Below are positions 41,496 to 43,816 of a stretch of DNA of 43,816 nucleotides, piece by piece; within the stretch, counting starts at the first letter, position 1; each line of letters opens with the position of its first letter. A program made the translations under genes and the position numbers. The stretch lies in the NCBI GenBank assembly GCA_001796935.1, contig MGNX01000108.1, positions 1-43,816 of the forward strand. The letters run 5' to 3'. The notes below the pieces were generated by a model. That model ran no database searches and was not told where the DNA came from. It was given only the letters and a program-made list of their open reading frames with translations. The stretch comes from Chloroflexi bacterium RBG_16_60_22 (GTDB lineage Bacteria > Chloroflexota > Dehalococcoidia > Dehalococcoidales > RBG-16-60-22).

Positions 41496-41638
41496 CCTTA
41501 TTACTTATAGCCTCCTTTAAGATTCGGAAAATCGCTTCTGGAAAATCGGGAAGGAATCGGTTATAGGCTTATAGTTATCACCTCCCTTCCGGTACAGGTA
41601 TAAGCCGTGAGCCGTCAAGGGACGGGCAGTTTCTGGTT

Positions 41639-41667
41639 ATTATACCACCATACGGAAAAATGGTAAA
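41639..41667 (-). promoter_or_regulatory. candidate sigma70-type promoter for receptor 3
   Basis: Minus strand reads TTTACC (41667-41662), a 17-nt spacer, then TATAAT (41644-41639) with an extended TGn. Confidence 0.4.
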
Positions 41668-41830
41668 GAAAAAACACGATAAAGTCAATAGCGAATCGAT
41701 TTATTAATGATTCTATGGGAGAATTAAAAGTAAGGGCGGCTCATTAGCGACAAAAATCACATACGGCCCAGGTTTGCCTGAGCTAAACTTAGGCGAGCTG
41801 AAAGTGATTTCACACTCAGTTGGGGGAGAC

Positions 41831-42010
41831 ATGCCGATATACGCTTACAAGTGCCGCCGATGCGGCGAAAAGTTCGAGCAATTCCGGGGAATATATGATG
41901 CCGACAGCGAAGTCGAGTGCCCGAGGTGCGGTTCCAGGGACCCGGTGAGAGTGCTGTCGCCCTTTTTCAGCCAGAGCTCGTCAGGGGGTGGCGCCATTTT
42001 TCCCACCTGA
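41831..42010 (+). CDS. FmdB-family zinc-ribbon protein (CxxC_CxxC_SSSS type)
   Basis: Trimmed to MPIYAYKCRRCGEKFEQ...ECPRCGS...SSSGGG (59 aa). This is the family-defining N-terminus with two CxxC pairs. GGGGGAG lies 2 nt upstream, which is a short spacing. Confidence 0.7.
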   Translation: MPIYAYKCRRCGEKFEQFRGIYDADSEVECPRCGSRDPVRVLSPFFSQSSSGGGAIFPT

Positions 42011-42065
42011 GGCAGCTCCTGTTGAGCCAGTTGGCTCACGGGAACCGATTGAGAGAGACGAAGCA

Positions 42066-42287
42066 ATGATGCAAATGGCGAGGAAGATGGCCCTGGTGGA
42101 CTATGACCGCTGTCATCCGGAGGCGTGCGAGGGCGGCGTTTGCCTGGCCGAGCGGGCATGTCCTTCCGGGCTGCTGAGGCAGGAAGCCCCCCACGAGATT
42201 CCGATGCCGGAGCCCTCTTTCTGCCGTGCCTGCGGTGAGTGCGTGAGGGCCTGCCCGCAACAGGCGATACGACTTTACAGTTCTTGA
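42066..42287 (+). CDS. small 4Fe-4S ferredoxin-like protein
   Basis: Cys patterns C-x4-C-x4-C-x5-CP (DRCHPEACEGGVCLAERACP) and C-x2-C-x2-C-x3-CP (CRACGECVRACP). The start is ambiguous (ATG 42066, 42075 or 42087) and the SD is weak. Confidence 0.55.
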   Translation: MMQMARKMALVDYDRCHPEACEGGVCLAERACPSGLLRQEAPHEIPMPEPSFCRACGECVRACPQQAIRLYSS

Positions 42288-42428
42288 TGTTTCAGGCGGA
42301 AGACGGCAGGAAAGGTTGACATGAAACTGGCCCGGCTGGCCACAGCATCAAGGGACGACCTGGAAGCCGAGCCGGGAACAGAGGCGGTCACCCCAATCGT
42401 TCCCGCCGCCGTCCCCTAGCCCCCCGGA

Positions 42429-43475
42429 TTACCGGTACTGCGTCGTCCCCCGGATGAGGTCCACCAGCATTTTCACCAGCCTCACCAGCAGGCTGATGCC
42501 GATGCCCACGGCGATAAGTATCAGGACCACCGTCACGCCCACGTTGGTGGCGGCGGCGGCCGCCGCGCCGGGTATCACGCTGAAGTCGAAGGGGAAAATC
42601 GTCAACAGGCTCAGCACCGTCGCCAGCCCGAAGATGTCGATGATGAAGAGCACCATTTTCCGCAGCAGGTAACGGTCATGGATGATGATAACGACGTGGC
42701 CGGCGATGGATATCGCCAGGGTCGTGTTCAATATCGGCAGCCACTGGGCGATTTCCCGGGTAAAAAAGGTGTACCGCGTCCAGGTGACGATACTGCCCGC
42801 CGTGCTGGCGTTGTAGTAAGCGACGTATTCGTAGAAGAAATTGAAAAAGATGAGCAGGGCAATGCTCCAGGCGATGGCAAACGCCGAGGCCGTTACCCTC
42901 CCGGCATGCTTCCTCTCGAAGAACTCCTCCACCTTACGGCTGATTTTCTCGTCGATGTCCTCCCCGGCGGCGGGGGGCGTTTCCTTCTTTTGGGGAGGGG
43001 CCGCCGACCGCGGCGACTCCGGCGGCCGGCGGTAACCGGTGGTGGCCACGGTGACACCGGCCATCCTCTCGGCGATATCACCCGCCCAGGCCAGCTTGAA
43101 ACGCTCGCCGTTGTAGGCCTTGACCATGAGGACTATCCACAGGATAAAGCCGGTGATGCCGATGATGACGGAGAAGACGGTGCCGATGACGGGTATCCAC
43201 CCCAGGATGATACTGGCCACGGCCAGGGTGCCGAAGGTGACGATGGACTGCGCGGCGTGGAAGCGTATCCAGCCGTTTTTCTGCTCCAGGACAAAGATGA
43301 TGATGCCGCTCACCCAGGCACCCAGGTAGCACAGCCACCCGGCAACGTTCGGCGCGAGGTTCAGCGTGGTCTCCTGGGACATCTGCTGCTTTTCCTGTTC
43401 TATCTGCTGCCGCGCCTCAATCCTGGCCTTCTCTTCTTCGTAGATTCTTCGTCTTTCCTCCGGTGAAAGCTCCAT
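42429..43475 (-). CDS. integral membrane protein (charged N-terminal helix, DUF4870-like TM module, Pro-rich linker, second TM module)
   Basis: The track ORF is trimmed to MELSPEERRRIYEEEK, where GGAGG lies 8 nt upstream of ATG 43475. Result is 348 aa with multiple hydrophobic spans. The family call is by eye only. Confidence 0.7.
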   Translation of the reverse strand: MELSPEERRRIYEEEKARIEARQQIEQEKQQMSQETTLNLAPNVAGWLCYLGAWVSGIIIFVLEQKNGWIRFHAAQSIVTFGTLAVASIILGWIPVIGTVFSVIIGITGFILWIVLMVKAYNGERFKLAWAGDIAERMAGVTVATTGYRRPPESPRSAAPPQKKETPPAAGEDIDEKISRKVEEFFERKHAGRVTASAFAIAWSIALLIFFNFFYEYVAYYNASTAGSIVTWTRYTFFTREIAQWLPILNTTLAISIAGHVVIIIHDRYLLRKMVLFIIDIFGLATVLSLLTIFPFDFSVIPGAAAAAATNVGVTVVLILIAVGIGISLLVRLVKMLVDLIRGTTQYR

Positions 43476-43607
43476 GGCAAACACCTCCGTTACCAGACTT
43501 TAAGCCCCCTTTGAGATGGCGTAGGCGGTATATCCGGCAAACCTCAGTATTCCGGCCTGATTATACACCCGGGCGGGGCGCCGGTAAACATACGGCGAAG
43601 GACGGCC

Positions 43608-43816
43608 TTATTTCCTGGCCCAGAAGAGCACCTCGCAGCCGATAATCCGAACGCCGCTCTCGCGGAAAAGACGGGCCAGGTAATCCCGGAGGACATCGAC
43701 GTCATCGTCACGGTTGGTCATGATGCCCCGCCAGTTATTGAAGGCCAGGGCGGCGGCGGTCAGCGGGTTACGCCGGTCCTTGCGGTAGATAATGGTGCTC
43801 CCGAAGAGCACGCCCC
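43608..43816 (-). CDS. hypothetical protein, C-terminal fragment (continues beyond the window)
   Basis: Open frame running to the window edge and ending ...RDYLARLFRESGVRIIGCEVLFWARK*. No motif recognised. Confidence 0.4.
   Translation of the reverse strand, partial: GVLFGSTIIYRKDRRNPLTAAALAFNNWRGIMTNRDDDVDVLRDYLARLFRESGVRIIGCEVLFWARK

Overview
This is a gene-dense 43.8-kb window with about 33 protein genes. I saw no rRNA, tRNA, CRISPR array, transposase or integrase. It reads as an anaerobic hydroxy-aromatic (polyphenol) catabolic island.

Centre piece (9137-18207, minus strand): three tandem paralogues of the pyrogallol-phloroglucinol transhydroxylase-type Mo-bisPGD large subunit. None has an N-terminal FeS motif or a Tat signal, and all three share a single small FeS + beta-barrel subunit.

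Genes around it:
- a second, visibly lower-GC cytoplasmic Mo/W-bisPGD oxidoreductase with a ferredoxin-type subunit
- hydantoinase/oxoprolinase A+B, a thiolase and a 3-hydroxyacyl-CoA dehydrogenase
- two RidA-like proteins, an SDR and a nitroreductase
- a fused IorA-GltD-like 2-oxoacid oxidoreductase with IorB
- a four-gene operon of two MmgE/PrpD and two FAD-oxidoreductase paralogues
- one complete TRAP transporter, two orphan TRAP receptors and one HAAT-type ABC transporter

All four solute receptors carry lipoprotein signal peptides, and three have Ala/Pro tethers, which suggests a monoderm host. Near-consensus sigma70-type promoters can be read upstream of most operons. Five long leaders share an orphan Shine-Dalgarno-like box.

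All functional calls come from by-eye motif recognition on the ORF track. The track uses the longest ATG/GTG/TTG ORF, so several starts were trimmed using SD spacing. No database search or computation was run.
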